From Candidatus Omnitrophota bacterium (GTDB lineage Bacteria > Omnitrophota > Gorgyraeia > Zapsychrales > Fredricksoniimonadaceae): DNA of 64,000 nucleotides. Both the position numbers and the translations under genes were made by a program. How positions within the stretch are numbered: the first letter of the stretch is position 1; each line of letters begins with the position of its first letter. A model generated the notes under the pieces. It did no database searches and was not told the origin of the DNA. It saw only the letters and a list, made by a program, of their open reading frames with translations. Shown one piece after another: positions 9,621 to 19,618 of the stretch. The stretch is taken from assembly GCA_044225175.1 (NCBI GenBank), contig JBGAJA010000001.1:206114-270113 (forward strand). Direction: 5' to 3'.

Positions 9621-10814
9621 ATGAAAAAGTACGAATTTGTAATTATTGGCTCTGGAATCATCGGCTTGACGATTGCTCATGCCATCAAATCCCGCCTCCC
9701 AAATGCCAAAATTCTCATCCTAGATAAAGAAGCGCAGGAAGCTTATCATGCCTCAGGGCGTAACAGCGGAGTCTTGCACGCAGGTTTTTACTATACAGCA
9801 GACAGTTTAAAGGCCAGATTTACCGTAGAAGGTAGTCGGGCCATGAAGGCTTATGTTCGTTCCAAGGGTTTGAAGATGAATGAATGCGGTAAGCTTGTTG
9901 TTGCCCAGAATGAGTACGAGCAAGGTCAGCTTCAGGAACTGTTACGACGAGGAACTCGTAATGGATCGAATGTTCGCTTAATTGATGAATTTCAAGCTCG
10001 TGAGCTTGAGCCGAATGTGAAAACATATAAACAAGCGCTTTATTCCCCAGATACAGCAAGTGTAGATCCCAAAGAAGTCTGTCATTCTATTAGAAAAGAT
10101 CTGGAGACGCTTGGCGTTGATTTTGTCTATAACGCACGATATCTTCGTCGAGAGAATACGGCGGTTGTCACATCAGTGGGGGAATTCGAAGGAAATAAGA
10201 TCATTAATTGCGGTGGGCTTTATGCAGATAAAATAGCTTGGGATTTTGGATTCGGACAGAAATATACTATGATTCCTTTCAAAGGTCTGTACCTCAAATA
10301 CACAAAGAATAAGACAGACATCAAAATGAATATCTATCCTGTGCCTAACTTGAAGAATCCTTTTCTAGGAGTTCATTACACCAAGACTGTTGATGGTTCC
10401 ATTAAGATTGGACCCACTGCGATTCCAGCGTTCTGGCGGGAGAATTACGTAGGTCTTGAAGGCTTTAACATCACAGAAATGTCTCAAGTTTTATATTATG
10501 AATCCAAGTTGTTCTTTAAGAATGCTTTTGGTTTTCGTTCCCTTGCTTTTGAAGAGATGCAGAAATATAACAAAGAATACTTTGTGTCATTAGCACAAGC
10601 AATGGTCCAGAAGATAGATCCTAAAGGATTCACTGAATGGACCAAGCCTGGCATTCGTGCCCAGCTTTTGAATAAGGAAACGCTAACATTGGTCCAAGAC
10701 TTTGTGGTGGAAGCAGACAAGCAAAGTGTGCATGTTTTAAATGCTGTTTCTCCAGCTTTTACATGTTCTTTTGTGTTCTCTAACTACGTCGTGGATAAAT
10801 ACATTTTAAACTAA
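9621..10814 (+). CDS. lhgO: L-2-hydroxyglutarate oxidase/dehydrogenase (FAD-dependent)
   Basis: N-terminal FAD fold VIIGSGIIGLTIA. HASGRNSGVLHAGFYY... is collinear with E. coli YgaF/LhgO over the full length. Confidence 0.75.
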   Translation: MKKYEFVIIGSGIIGLTIAHAIKSRLPNAKILILDKEAQEAYHASGRNSGVLHAGFYYTADSLKARFTVEGSRAMKAYVRSKGLKMNECGKLVVAQNEYEQGQLQELLRRGTRNGSNVRLIDEFQARELEPNVKTYKQALYSPDTASVDPKEVCHSIRKDLETLGVDFVYNARYLRRENTAVVTSVGEFEGNKIINCGGLYADKIAWDFGFGQKYTMIPFKGLYLKYTKNKTDIKMNIYPVPNLKNPFLGVHYTKTVDGSIKIGPTAIPAFWRENYVGLEGFNITEMSQVLYYESKLFFKNAFGFRSLAFEEMQKYNKEYFVSLAQAMVQKIDPKGFTEWTKPGIRAQLLNKETLTLVQDFVVEADKQSVHVLNAVSPAFTCSFVFSNYVVDKYILN

Positions 10815-10836
10815 TAAAGCCTAACTAAGGGAGTGT

Positions 10837-11388
10837 ATGATAAGAAATATTTTTATGTTTATGTGTTGTGTTTTGATGATCTCTTCTTGTGCTCATTCAC
10901 CTAAGAAAAATAGAGTGATGGGAGAGACCTCCTCAGTATCTGGAGTCGTTTTAGATGAGCCTGTGTTATTTGAAGGTGGCAATCTCGGCCTTACGCCTTT
11001 TAAGGCGGGACCTTCAGCGGAAGCAACAGAAGAGCTTGATCGTCTTTCGGGCACGATCACTAAAGGTATTAAAGACACAATCGATGAACAAAGCACCTCT
11101 TTACATGTTATTGATGCAACTCAAGGTGAACCTAAAATGGTCCTAGAAGGATATGTTAAAGAATTTTCAAAGACTGGCCGTATGTCTCGCATGATGATGA
11201 GTCCTAATAGAGATAAGCTCTCCCTTGAAGGTGATGTCTGGCTTGTTTCTAATGGAAAACGTCTTTTAGGATTCTCAATTGAAAAGAAATTCGATCCTCG
11301 CAAGGAAAAGATCTTGGATGTGGCTTATATGATGGGCCGCGAAATAGGTCATTTTATTATTTCAAATTCACAAAAGGCAAAGCAATGA
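10837..11388 (+). CDS. Putative lipoprotein, unknown function
   Basis: Signal peptide ending in the lipobox-like MISSC. No recognisable domain. Confidence 0.5.
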   Translation: MIRNIFMFMCCVLMISSCAHSPKKNRVMGETSSVSGVVLDEPVLFEGGNLGLTPFKAGPSAEATEELDRLSGTITKGIKDTIDEQSTSLHVIDATQGEPKMVLEGYVKEFSKTGRMSRMMMSPNRDKLSLEGDVWLVSNGKRLLGFSIEKKFDPRKEKILDVAYMMGREIGHFIISNSQKAKQ

Positions 11389-12356
11389 TTGTTATTACAG
11401 GTGCAGCAGGATTTATTGGGAGTTGTTTGGTTTCCAAGCTCAATGAATTGGGAGTCACTGACTTAATTGTTGTAGACCATTACGATAATGATCAAGATCC
11501 TAAGAAAAAGAACTTGGCAGGTAAGAAATATGTGCGCTATTTTGATAAAGCAGAATATTTAAAACTTCTTCGTCGAGATGCGTTTGATTTTGATGTCTCT
11601 TGTATATTTCATATTGGAGCTTGTTCTTCAACAACGCTTCAGGATGCAGAATACTTTGAGAAGAATAATTATGAGTATTCCTGTCAAGTGGCCCAATGGG
11701 CGCTTAAGTATCAGGCGCGGTTGATTTATGCTTCATCTGCGGCCACTTATGGGGAAGGTGAGATGGGTTATAGTGATGATGAGTCGTTGATCCCAAAACT
11801 AAAGCCATTAAATCTTTATGGACTTTCTAAGCAAAAGTTCGATCAATGGGTATTAGATAACCATTATCAGGATAAGATAGCAGGGTTAAAGTTTTTTAAT
11901 GTGTTTGGTCCCAATGAATATCACAAGGATGATATGCGTTCGGTTGCAGCCAAAGCCTATGATAGGGTTGTTTCTGAGGGGAAAATCAGGCTTTTTAAAT
12001 CCTATCGGCCTGATTATAAAGATGGTGAACAAAAAAGAGATTTTATTTATGTGAAGGACGTCGTTGATGTTATGATTTTTTTGATGCAAAACCCCCATAT
12101 CAATGGAATTTTTAATGTTGGAACCGGACGTGCCCATACTTGGAATGAATTGGCGAATGCTTTATTTAAGGCTGTTGGTCAACAACCTGTCATTGAGTAT
12201 ATTGAGATGCCGGATATTTTGAAGCCACGTTACCAATACTTTACTCAAGCAGAAATGTCAAAGCTGAGGAAGGCTGGTTACACAAAAGCATTTACAAGTT
12301 TGGAAGATTCCATTGCTGATTATTGTGGATATTTGAAATTTAAAAGTTATTTATAA
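11385..12356 (+). CDS. hldD: ADP-L-glycero-D-manno-heptose 6-epimerase
   Basis: NAD-binding ITGAAGFIGS, YASSAATYG, and the HldD-typical FNVFGPNEYHKDDMRSV. 323 aa. Confidence 0.8.
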   Translation: MIVITGAAGFIGSCLVSKLNELGVTDLIVVDHYDNDQDPKKKNLAGKKYVRYFDKAEYLKLLRRDAFDFDVSCIFHIGACSSTTLQDAEYFEKNNYEYSCQVAQWALKYQARLIYASSAATYGEGEMGYSDDESLIPKLKPLNLYGLSKQKFDQWVLDNHYQDKIAGLKFFNVFGPNEYHKDDMRSVAAKAYDRVVSEGKIRLFKSYRPDYKDGEQKRDFIYVKDVVDVMIFLMQNPHINGIFNVGTGRAHTWNELANALFKAVGQQPVIEYIEMPDILKPRYQYFTQAEMSKLRKAGYTKAFTSLEDSIADYCGYLKFKSYL

Positions 12357-12370
12357 CCTAAGGAGCGGAT

Positions 12371-13450
12371 ATGATGTTATTTGTGATTCTTGGGATGATT
12401 GTAGTGGTTGCGACCGGCGTTCTAGGTTTTCTTTTTTATTTACTTAATAAAGAGTCTTCGGAAACTACACAGAAGGTAGTTTCTGCTCATGAATTAAAAT
12501 CTTTACAACCATCGATCAAATCACAATCTCAAGAAATTGTTTTAGGTGATTTTGTGGAAACTCCTAAAGAAGTCTTAGTCGAAGCAAGGCTTACCCAAGA
12601 GTTTTCTTTAAAAGAAGAAGCTTATGAGCAAAAGGTCAAAGAATTAGAGGGAGAGTTGAATTCTATAGCGACCAAGGCCCAAGAACAAAATCAACAAGCG
12701 ATAGCTTCCATTGACCAATTAAAAAAAGAAAATGAACAAATAAAAACACAAAGTACGATTGAGATTGTGGCTGCCAAAGCAGATTTGATTAAAGCAGAAC
12801 AGGCGATCGAAAGCATGAGAGAAGAACAGATTTCTTTGGGTAATCGTTTAAATGAGAGTCAGATCCAAATAGGTAAATTACAAGATGAAGCGCTCGCCAT
12901 ACGTCATCAAATGGGCCAAGAAATAAGTAAGACAAAAGAAGAAGCGGAGAATTTAGTTATTGAGAATGAAACATTGAAGAAATCTTTAGAAGCAGGAATT
13001 GAAGAGGCGGGAAGGACTTTTAAGGAGAGCATTTCATCGTTACAGGAAGAAAATCAAACATTAAGAAATGCAGCTCAAGATTTAACTATGACTAATCAAA
13101 AGCTCAAGGAACTCAATAGTCATCTGATTGAAAAGTCTGAAAAATTGCAGTGGGAATTGACTAAGGCCAGGGCGCAGATGACAAGCTTTGAGCGAGCTTG
13201 CGAAAATTATCAAAATCAACTTCAAGGTGCTTTTGATCGCAGTGGTTCAATTGAAAAGAATGTTTCTAGTTTAAGTGACACAAATAATCGTCTTCAGCGT
13301 TTCTTAGATGATTTGCAGAAACAAAATGAAGAACTCGCCAAGCGTGAGAAGTTGTTTGAGTATGAATTAGAAAAAAATCGTACCCAGATAGTTTCCCTTG
13401 AACGAGACAATGCCAGTTTAAAAGCAAGTATTCAAACTGACAAATCCTAG
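12371..13450 (+). CDS. Membrane-anchored long coiled-coil protein
   Basis: One N-terminal transmembrane helix, then ~300 aa of E/K/Q-rich heptad-like sequence. Confidence 0.55.
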   Translation: MMLFVILGMIVVVATGVLGFLFYLLNKESSETTQKVVSAHELKSLQPSIKSQSQEIVLGDFVETPKEVLVEARLTQEFSLKEEAYEQKVKELEGELNSIATKAQEQNQQAIASIDQLKKENEQIKTQSTIEIVAAKADLIKAEQAIESMREEQISLGNRLNESQIQIGKLQDEALAIRHQMGQEISKTKEEAENLVIENETLKKSLEAGIEEAGRTFKESISSLQEENQTLRNAAQDLTMTNQKLKELNSHLIEKSEKLQWELTKARAQMTSFERACENYQNQLQGAFDRSGSIEKNVSSLSDTNNRLQRFLDDLQKQNEELAKREKLFEYELEKNRTQIVSLERDNASLKASIQTDKS

Positions 13451-13459
13451 GGGCAGATA

Positions 13460-14131
13460 ATGAGAAAGATGAATTTGGTTTTAATAATTTTGGTTCTTGG
13501 GTTTTGTGGCTGTGCTGGATTGGTAGATCTTCCTAAAACTCTATGGGGTTCTTCGACGCGTGTCTTGGAAGAAGCTCGAAACAATGCTATTTCTAAAACA
13601 TATGATAAGGGATATTGGGATTGTATTAGATCAGCCGTCAATGTTTTAAATGAGAAGGGTTATATTGTTTTTAAGAAAGATGAAGTCAGGGGTGTTTTTA
13701 TTGTGATGGGAATTCCTGGTGCTGTGGATACGACGGAGGTTGGAATATTTTTTGTTGAAATCAATGATCATCAGACAAGAATTGAACTTGCTTCTTTGAG
13801 CACTAATGCCAAAAGGCTTTTATCGAGACCATTCTTTCATGCCATGGACATTGCTTTTGGTTTAGCTCCTCCTGATGCAGATATGATGGTTGCTAAAACG
13901 AAGTTCTTAGATTTGGGTCCTCGAGGAGAAGATATTTATAAATATTTAATCGAAAAGGGGTGTTTGGTGGAAGTTTCAACCACAGAAGCCCGTATTAAAA
14001 AGGATGCTAAATTTATCAAAGAAGATTTGCGTGAGAAATTCTCGGAAGATTTAGATAAGATTTTGTCTGTTTTTGAGAATGCCAAATATCCAGTAAAAAC
14101 AGAGGTTAAAACAATAGACACTAAGTTATGA
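13460..14131 (+). CDS. Secreted or lipoprotein-like hypothetical protein
   Basis: N-terminal signal peptide (LVLGFCGCAG). No recognisable domain. Confidence 0.5.
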   Translation: MRKMNLVLIILVLGFCGCAGLVDLPKTLWGSSTRVLEEARNNAISKTYDKGYWDCIRSAVNVLNEKGYIVFKKDEVRGVFIVMGIPGAVDTTEVGIFFVEINDHQTRIELASLSTNAKRLLSRPFFHAMDIAFGLAPPDADMMVAKTKFLDLGPRGEDIYKYLIEKGCLVEVSTTEARIKKDAKFIKEDLREKFSEDLDKILSVFENAKYPVKTEVKTIDTKL

Positions 14132-14637
14132 TTGAGAATGAGTTCTTATTCTTAGGATTACTCGCTGAAGGTCCCAAACATGGCTATGAGATTAAACGCC
14201 AAATCGAACAAGAATTAGTCCCTGCCATTGGTTTACAGATCAAATCAATTTATTATCCTCTTCAAAAAATGGAAGAAGAAGGTTTGATTGAAAATGAAGT
14301 AGGGCGCCAAGGACGTTTTCCTCAGAAAAATATTTATCGCATCACTCCTAAAGGAAAGAAGAAATTTGAAGATTTGATCAGTAAGAGTTTTGTTGCTGTG
14401 GAAAGGCCCTATTTTCAAATTGATTTGTCTTTGTATTTCTTACCATTGATTGATCCAGCTTTAGCTAAAAAACGTCTTAGAACACGACTAGCTATTTTAA
14501 AACGTATCCGCAAAGATTTACTCACTCTTCAGAAAAACTCTTCCCAAACAAAGCCCTTAGGTCTGATTTTATCCCATGATATTGATCTTGTTGAAGCTGA
14601 AATATCTTCAATTAACAAGGTGATTGTTCAAATTTAA
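14128..14637 (+). CDS. PadR-family transcriptional regulator
   Basis: GPKHGYEIKRQIE...IYYPLQKMEEEGLIE is a winged-helix PadR signature. Confidence 0.7.
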   Translation: MIENEFLFLGLLAEGPKHGYEIKRQIEQELVPAIGLQIKSIYYPLQKMEEEGLIENEVGRQGRFPQKNIYRITPKGKKKFEDLISKSFVAVERPYFQIDLSLYFLPLIDPALAKKRLRTRLAILKRIRKDLLTLQKNSSQTKPLGLILSHDIDLVEAEISSINKVIVQI

Positions 14638-14690
14638 AAGTGACCAACCTAAAGTAGCATTTATTTAATTTATATTGTATCCTTTCTTAA

Positions 14691-17600
14691 ATGTTAAATA
14701 GTATAAAGGATATCCCTTATATAGCCCTGGTGGTTCTCTGTGCCTTTATGGGCAATTTTTTGTGTCCTTTAGAGGCATATGCAGACGATGGACTCCATTT
14801 ACCTAGTCCAGGTCAAATATTAGAATCCAGTCCCAATTTTTCTCCTGTCTTGCTCAAGGGATTGACTATTGATCCCAAGAATCCATTTGCTTTTGATTTC
14901 ATTGTGGATTCGGGTGATTCTGGATTATCCGTAGAGACGCAAGATTTTGCGTCTCTACAAGACGAATCAAAGAAATTAATCAAATATTTCCTCGCCTCTT
15001 TAACGACCCCTGAAGATGATCTATGGGTGAATTTATCCCCTTATGAGAAGAACCGTATAGTTCCTGAGAACTTTGGCCAAACGCAAATGGGAAGAGATTT
15101 ATTGGCCCAGGACTATATTTTAAAACAATTAACAGCTTCTTTGATTTATCCCGAGAAAGATCTAGGTAAAAAGTTTTGGGAAAAAGTTTATAAAAAAGCC
15201 CAAGCCCAATACGGCACAACCCAAGTCCCTATAAATACATTTAATAAAGTCTGGATAATTCCAGATAAAGCCTCTGTTGTTGAATACAAAGGCACAATAT
15301 TGATTCAAGAAAGACATTTGAAGGTGATGTTGGAGGAGGATTATTTAGCAGTGGAGAAACATAATTCTGATAAGAATGGGGCGAATTCAATAGGAAATGA
15401 AATCATCCGCCAAATCATCCTCCCTGAAATCGAAAAAGAAGTCAATGAAGGCAAGAATTTCGCCAATCTCCGCCAGATCTACAGCGCTATGATTTTAGCG
15501 ACATGGTTTAAGGTGAGACTCAAAGAAAGTCTTTTAGGAAAATTTTATGTGAATCAAAATAAAATTAAGGGAATTGATCTAGGAGATAAAAGTGCAAAAC
15601 AGAAGATTTATGACCAGTATTTAGAAACTTTTAAGAAAGGTGTTTATAACTATATCAAGGAGGATCATGACCCTATTACCCACCAATCTATTCCTAGAAA
15701 ATATTTTTCAGGAGGATTTGAGGCAGGAAAGAATTTAGCCATGTTGATTAAAAATAATTCTAGGGTTGTGCCATCTATAGATTTTGCTTCATTGTCTAGG
15801 GCAGATAAGGCCAGTTTAAATGAAGTGGCAGAAAATCATCAGGGGAATGTCTCGATTGTTCAGGCAAGATTAGAACAGCCTCACCCAATAACAAAAGTAA
15901 AACAAATTGAAACCGCTCAAGTAATGGGTTTTTTATTATCCAAATGGGGGATTCGTCAAATACTTAAAGGGGGAAAAATTAAGCATCCTGATTGGTTTAT
16001 TGTTTTTAAAGAGGATCAAGAAGAGCTAAGGGAGAGAATGATCGCAGCTTCTACTTTTGGTCCATTATTAGATGATAGAGATGTTAGGGATTTTAGAGAA
16101 ATAGCCCAACAGATTGTCTCTGGAAATATTAATTTACCCGTTGTTTATAAACCACATTTTGGCTCTTTAGGTAGACGGATTTTTTACATTCATAAAGGCG
16201 AAGGATCTGATTTAATTATTACTTTTGCTTATACGGATTCTACAGGAGTTTCTCCAGGAACCCAAAGACAGGTTATAGGGTATTTTGAAGGATATGGAAT
16301 TCTTCCTATCCTTGATAAGGACAATCAAAATATTATGCAATTTGTCATAGATGCAGCAAATGCAAACGCGGTAGATGTTTTATGTGGATTATGGAGACTC
16401 AATTCTTCTGTTGAATCCCGATATGATTTAGGAGGAATGGAGTCCTATATTGATGCATTTAAATTGAAAGGAATGTCTTATGAAAGCCGATTTATATTTA
16501 GGGGTAATTTTCAAACAGGTCAATTCATCCCAACGCCCAATGATCCTGATCAAGATGCATCCTGGATCCAAGACACTCGTATAGGAAGTTCTGAGTTTTT
16601 TTCTAATAACCGGGGGCGCCCACGATCAGAGGCATTAGTTGGCTCAAACAGGTATGAAGCCGTATTACAAAAATATGACATAGACCCCAGTCGTTGGGAA
16701 GAGTTTCAAGCTTATGTCTATGAACTCATTGAACATGATTTTAAATTAATAGTTTCTCGTTTAAATGCTGTGGGAATTCATTTAAATATGAACGTGAGAG
16801 GAAATTTTGATCTGATGTGGCTTCCTCCAGAAAAGAGAGGAGAATTTCCGGTTCCTGTATTGATCGAGACTCATTTTTTCTTTGAACCATCTGAAAATTG
16901 GGAGAAATATTTAAGTGTTGACTCTAATTTTGATGGCAAGTGGCAGGATGCAGCCATGGCGAATAGGGAAATACATGCAAGGTTTGAGGTTTATAACGAT
17001 AATGACTCTTGGTTTATTAAACTACCTTGGGGAAATAAATTTAATTTGGCGGAGGGATCATTTAGAAGGTTTTTGAAAGAAATTGGTGTGGATGTCCTTA
17101 GCTATGAGAGTAATGATGTAGAAAAATATTTTCGGCTTAGCTATCAGGGAAAAGAAAGAATTATTAAGTATGGAATAAATGAGCCGGCTGAGAAAGTGGG
17201 TTTGGAATTCTCAAGAATTATTTCGCCCGCGTTAATCAATTTAAGATTTCAACAGTTTGCTGCCAATGGATTTGACAATATTACTGTGAAGCAATGGATA
17301 TTACTTGGGTATGAAGCATTGAGTCCTGATTTTATAGAATTGATTGATGTAGATATCATGGAATCCATGCTTAAAAAAATTTTATCTATGAAAGAGGATC
17401 CTCAAAGAAGAGGAGATGTTTTTTATTGGGCCCATCAATTGTATGAAAGGGTCTTTGCTTTAGATATTCAAAATATGCTAGAGGAATCTGAATTTGTTAA
17501 CAAAGAACACAATAAGAAATTGTTAAGAATCCGTCAAGAAGTCAGACGGTTATATTTAGGAATTAGTATTGCTAATGAAGAGAGATTCATCAAATCATTA

Positions 17601-19496
17601 CAAAATATAGAATCATTTCAGGGGATCGATCGTGTGATTTCACAATGGGTTGCAGATAGACAACAAGATACAGTGGAGCAGATTATTTTTAATATTAGAA
17701 AGATCTTTCTATATCATATTTTCAAAAGGACCTCACATGATGACATGTCACATTTACTTCAAGTTGTTGAATCTTTAAAGCGCGAGATTAATAGAGATCT
17801 TTATAAGTTGCAGGACATGAATGATATGTACGCTCTCGGTTTTATCCATGAACTCTTGGGCCGAGATTTATATGGAAATAAAGGTGATCTTTCATTGCAA
17901 TTATATAAAAACAGCTTGATTCTTACCACTGAAGAGAGGGAAGATTTATTAAAGTATCGAAAGAGAGTATTTTCTTCAATGTCTCGTTTGCGTGCAAATT
18001 CAGAACTAAGAAAAACTATTAAACAAGAGAAGCTTGATAAGAAAGAGGATCCACCAGAGACTTCATATGATCTTGAATTTGATGGGAAGATTGATATTTT
18101 TATGAATAACAATGACTTGAAAGTAAAGGTGCGCTCTACCGGAGATATCTTTGACCTTCAATCGGATGAGTTTGAAGCATATTTAAGTAAAAATGGTCTA
18201 TATTTTTCAGGAGAGTGGAAGTCGAATAATGAATTACATTGGGATTTAAGGCTCTATGGGGAAAATGAATCTCATTTATTGACTTGGAAAATGAATATTG
18301 ATGTAAAAGATTTAACAAATTTATTTAACAATCTGCTTAGCGAATCTAAGCCTATACTAGTTGTTAAGGATTTTATTTTGCATGGTTGGCAGGGTGATGA
18401 AATTAAATATGCTCAACGCCTGACATGGGCAGTCGAAAAACTTCTTCGTTGGCAAGGCAAAGACCAATCAGAGATTTTGGCGCACCTGACATTGATTGAC
18501 CAAGTATTCACTAAAATAAAAATGCTCGGTTCGAATAAAAGAGTTTTATTAAAGGGTAGAGCTATATTTTGGGATGAAATGAAAACTATTTTTACTTCTC
18601 CATATTATCTAGGCAGGACTGGAGAAATTGTTCAGGAAGAAGAAATGCCTAGAAATAGTGTTATTGAAGCTCTCAAACATAGCGACCGAAGTGTCAATTT
18701 AAAAATTCAGAAACTAAAGCGAAAAGCATTTAATGAATTCAATTTAGTGAAATTATTTCAATCTGGTTTGAGTCCTGATCGATTAGATCAAGAATTCCAT
18801 GAGCATTTGAAAGAGGCAAGTCCTGTAGATATGTTGAATATTTTGGAAAACTGGTATGTCAAGCAGCCATTAAAAGGCGTAGACTTAGTGATAGAGTTTA
18901 TTTATTATTCAAGAAAAGCAGTTGTCTTATCAGAGATTCTTAAAGAAATTTCATCTAAGGAGGAAGTCTGGGATAAATTTCATAATGATTATAGTCGTAT
19001 TATGCACGTCTTGTTAGATAATATTTCCCATCAAATTATTCGCTCAAATGACATTCCTACTTTTGAAGAAGCTTATGAACGGATGCACAAAGATATTGAA
19101 GACTTTCCTGATTCTATTTTTGCCAATAGCTATGAATATCAACAGCAAATGAAATCCATAGTAATTAGAATGGAGGATCTAAATACAAAATTCCAGACCA
19201 ATAAGGGTTTTTCTTCTAGTGAAAAAACTGATCAAGCTATGAGAGAATCCACAGTTGACCAATATAGGGAAAAGTTAAAGGAAGGGGAAGCTATATCAAC
19301 TAGAAGTCCTGGTGGTATTGACCTTAATGTCAAACATTTGGACCTTCAGATCAAACGCGATGATAAGGGCATTCCGCTTCCGATTTCCCAGAAACCCTTG
19401 GAAAGTATTCATATTGAGGGGTTTTTTCCTGTTATTATAAAAATTACCCCAGTGGATGATTTACCTGCTTATTTGGGTTTTTTGAGCTCTAAGTAA
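14691..19496 (+). CDS. Giant secreted protein (1601 aa) of unknown function
   Basis: Signal peptide and an uninterrupted 4.8-kb ORF. The central segment VVYKPHFGSLGRRIFYI loosely resembles an ATP-grasp nucleotide-binding strand. No other domain recognised. Confidence 0.6.
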   Translation: MLNSIKDIPYIALVVLCAFMGNFLCPLEAYADDGLHLPSPGQILESSPNFSPVLLKGLTIDPKNPFAFDFIVDSGDSGLSVETQDFASLQDESKKLIKYFLASLTTPEDDLWVNLSPYEKNRIVPENFGQTQMGRDLLAQDYILKQLTASLIYPEKDLGKKFWEKVYKKAQAQYGTTQVPINTFNKVWIIPDKASVVEYKGTILIQERHLKVMLEEDYLAVEKHNSDKNGANSIGNEIIRQIILPEIEKEVNEGKNFANLRQIYSAMILATWFKVRLKESLLGKFYVNQNKIKGIDLGDKSAKQKIYDQYLETFKKGVYNYIKEDHDPITHQSIPRKYFSGGFEAGKNLAMLIKNNSRVVPSIDFASLSRADKASLNEVAENHQGNVSIVQARLEQPHPITKVKQIETAQVMGFLLSKWGIRQILKGGKIKHPDWFIVFKEDQEELRERMIAASTFGPLLDDRDVRDFREIAQQIVSGNINLPVVYKPHFGSLGRRIFYIHKGEGSDLIITFAYTDSTGVSPGTQRQVIGYFEGYGILPILDKDNQNIMQFVIDAANANAVDVLCGLWRLNSSVESRYDLGGMESYIDAFKLKGMSYESRFIFRGNFQTGQFIPTPNDPDQDASWIQDTRIGSSEFFSNNRGRPRSEALVGSNRYEAVLQKYDIDPSRWEEFQAYVYELIEHDFKLIVSRLNAVGIHLNMNVRGNFDLMWLPPEKRGEFPVPVLIETHFFFEPSENWEKYLSVDSNFDGKWQDAAMANREIHARFEVYNDNDSWFIKLPWGNKFNLAEGSFRRFLKEIGVDVLSYESNDVEKYFRLSYQGKERIIKYGINEPAEKVGLEFSRIISPALINLRFQQFAANGFDNITVKQWILLGYEALSPDFIELIDVDIMESMLKKILSMKEDPQRRGDVFYWAHQLYERVFALDIQNMLEESEFVNKEHNKKLLRIRQEVRRLYLGISIANEERFIKSLQNIESFQGIDRVISQWVADRQQDTVEQIIFNIRKIFLYHIFKRTSHDDMSHLLQVVESLKREINRDLYKLQDMNDMYALGFIHELLGRDLYGNKGDLSLQLYKNSLILTTEEREDLLKYRKRVFSSMSRLRANSELRKTIKQEKLDKKEDPPETSYDLEFDGKIDIFMNNNDLKVKVRSTGDIFDLQSDEFEAYLSKNGLYFSGEWKSNNELHWDLRLYGENESHLLTWKMNIDVKDLTNLFNNLLSESKPILVVKDFILHGWQGDEIKYAQRLTWAVEKLLRWQGKDQSEILAHLTLIDQVFTKIKMLGSNKRVLLKGRAIFWDEMKTIFTSPYYLGRTGEIVQEEEMPRNSVIEALKHSDRSVNLKIQKLKRKAFNEFNLVKLFQSGLSPDRLDQEFHEHLKEASPVDMLNILENWYVKQPLKGVDLVIEFIYYSRKAVVLSEILKEISSKEEVWDKFHNDYSRIMHVLLDNISHQIIRSNDIPTFEEAYERMHKDIEDFPDSIFANSYEYQQQMKSIVIRMEDLNTKFQTNKGFSSSEKTDQAMRESTVDQYREKLKEGEAISTRSPGGIDLNVKHLDLQIKRDDKGIPLPISQKPLESIHIEGFFPVIIKITPVDDLPAYLGFLSSK

Positions 19497-19618
19497 GTTT
19501 GTAACCTTCAATTTCTGAAGTGTTTATCTCTCCAAAGTTTTCCTTGATAAATCCCAATCCTGTACTAAAATCACACTATTAAAATTTTACTAGTAGGGCA
19601 TGATTCATCATGCCCTGA

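Noticed and set aside
9563-9661. N-terminal extension of the minus-strand CDGSH ORF
   Set aside because: It overlaps the lhgO start region and adds a hydrophobic non-conserved stretch. The internal start MSQNGPY gives a typical two-motif CDGSH protein.
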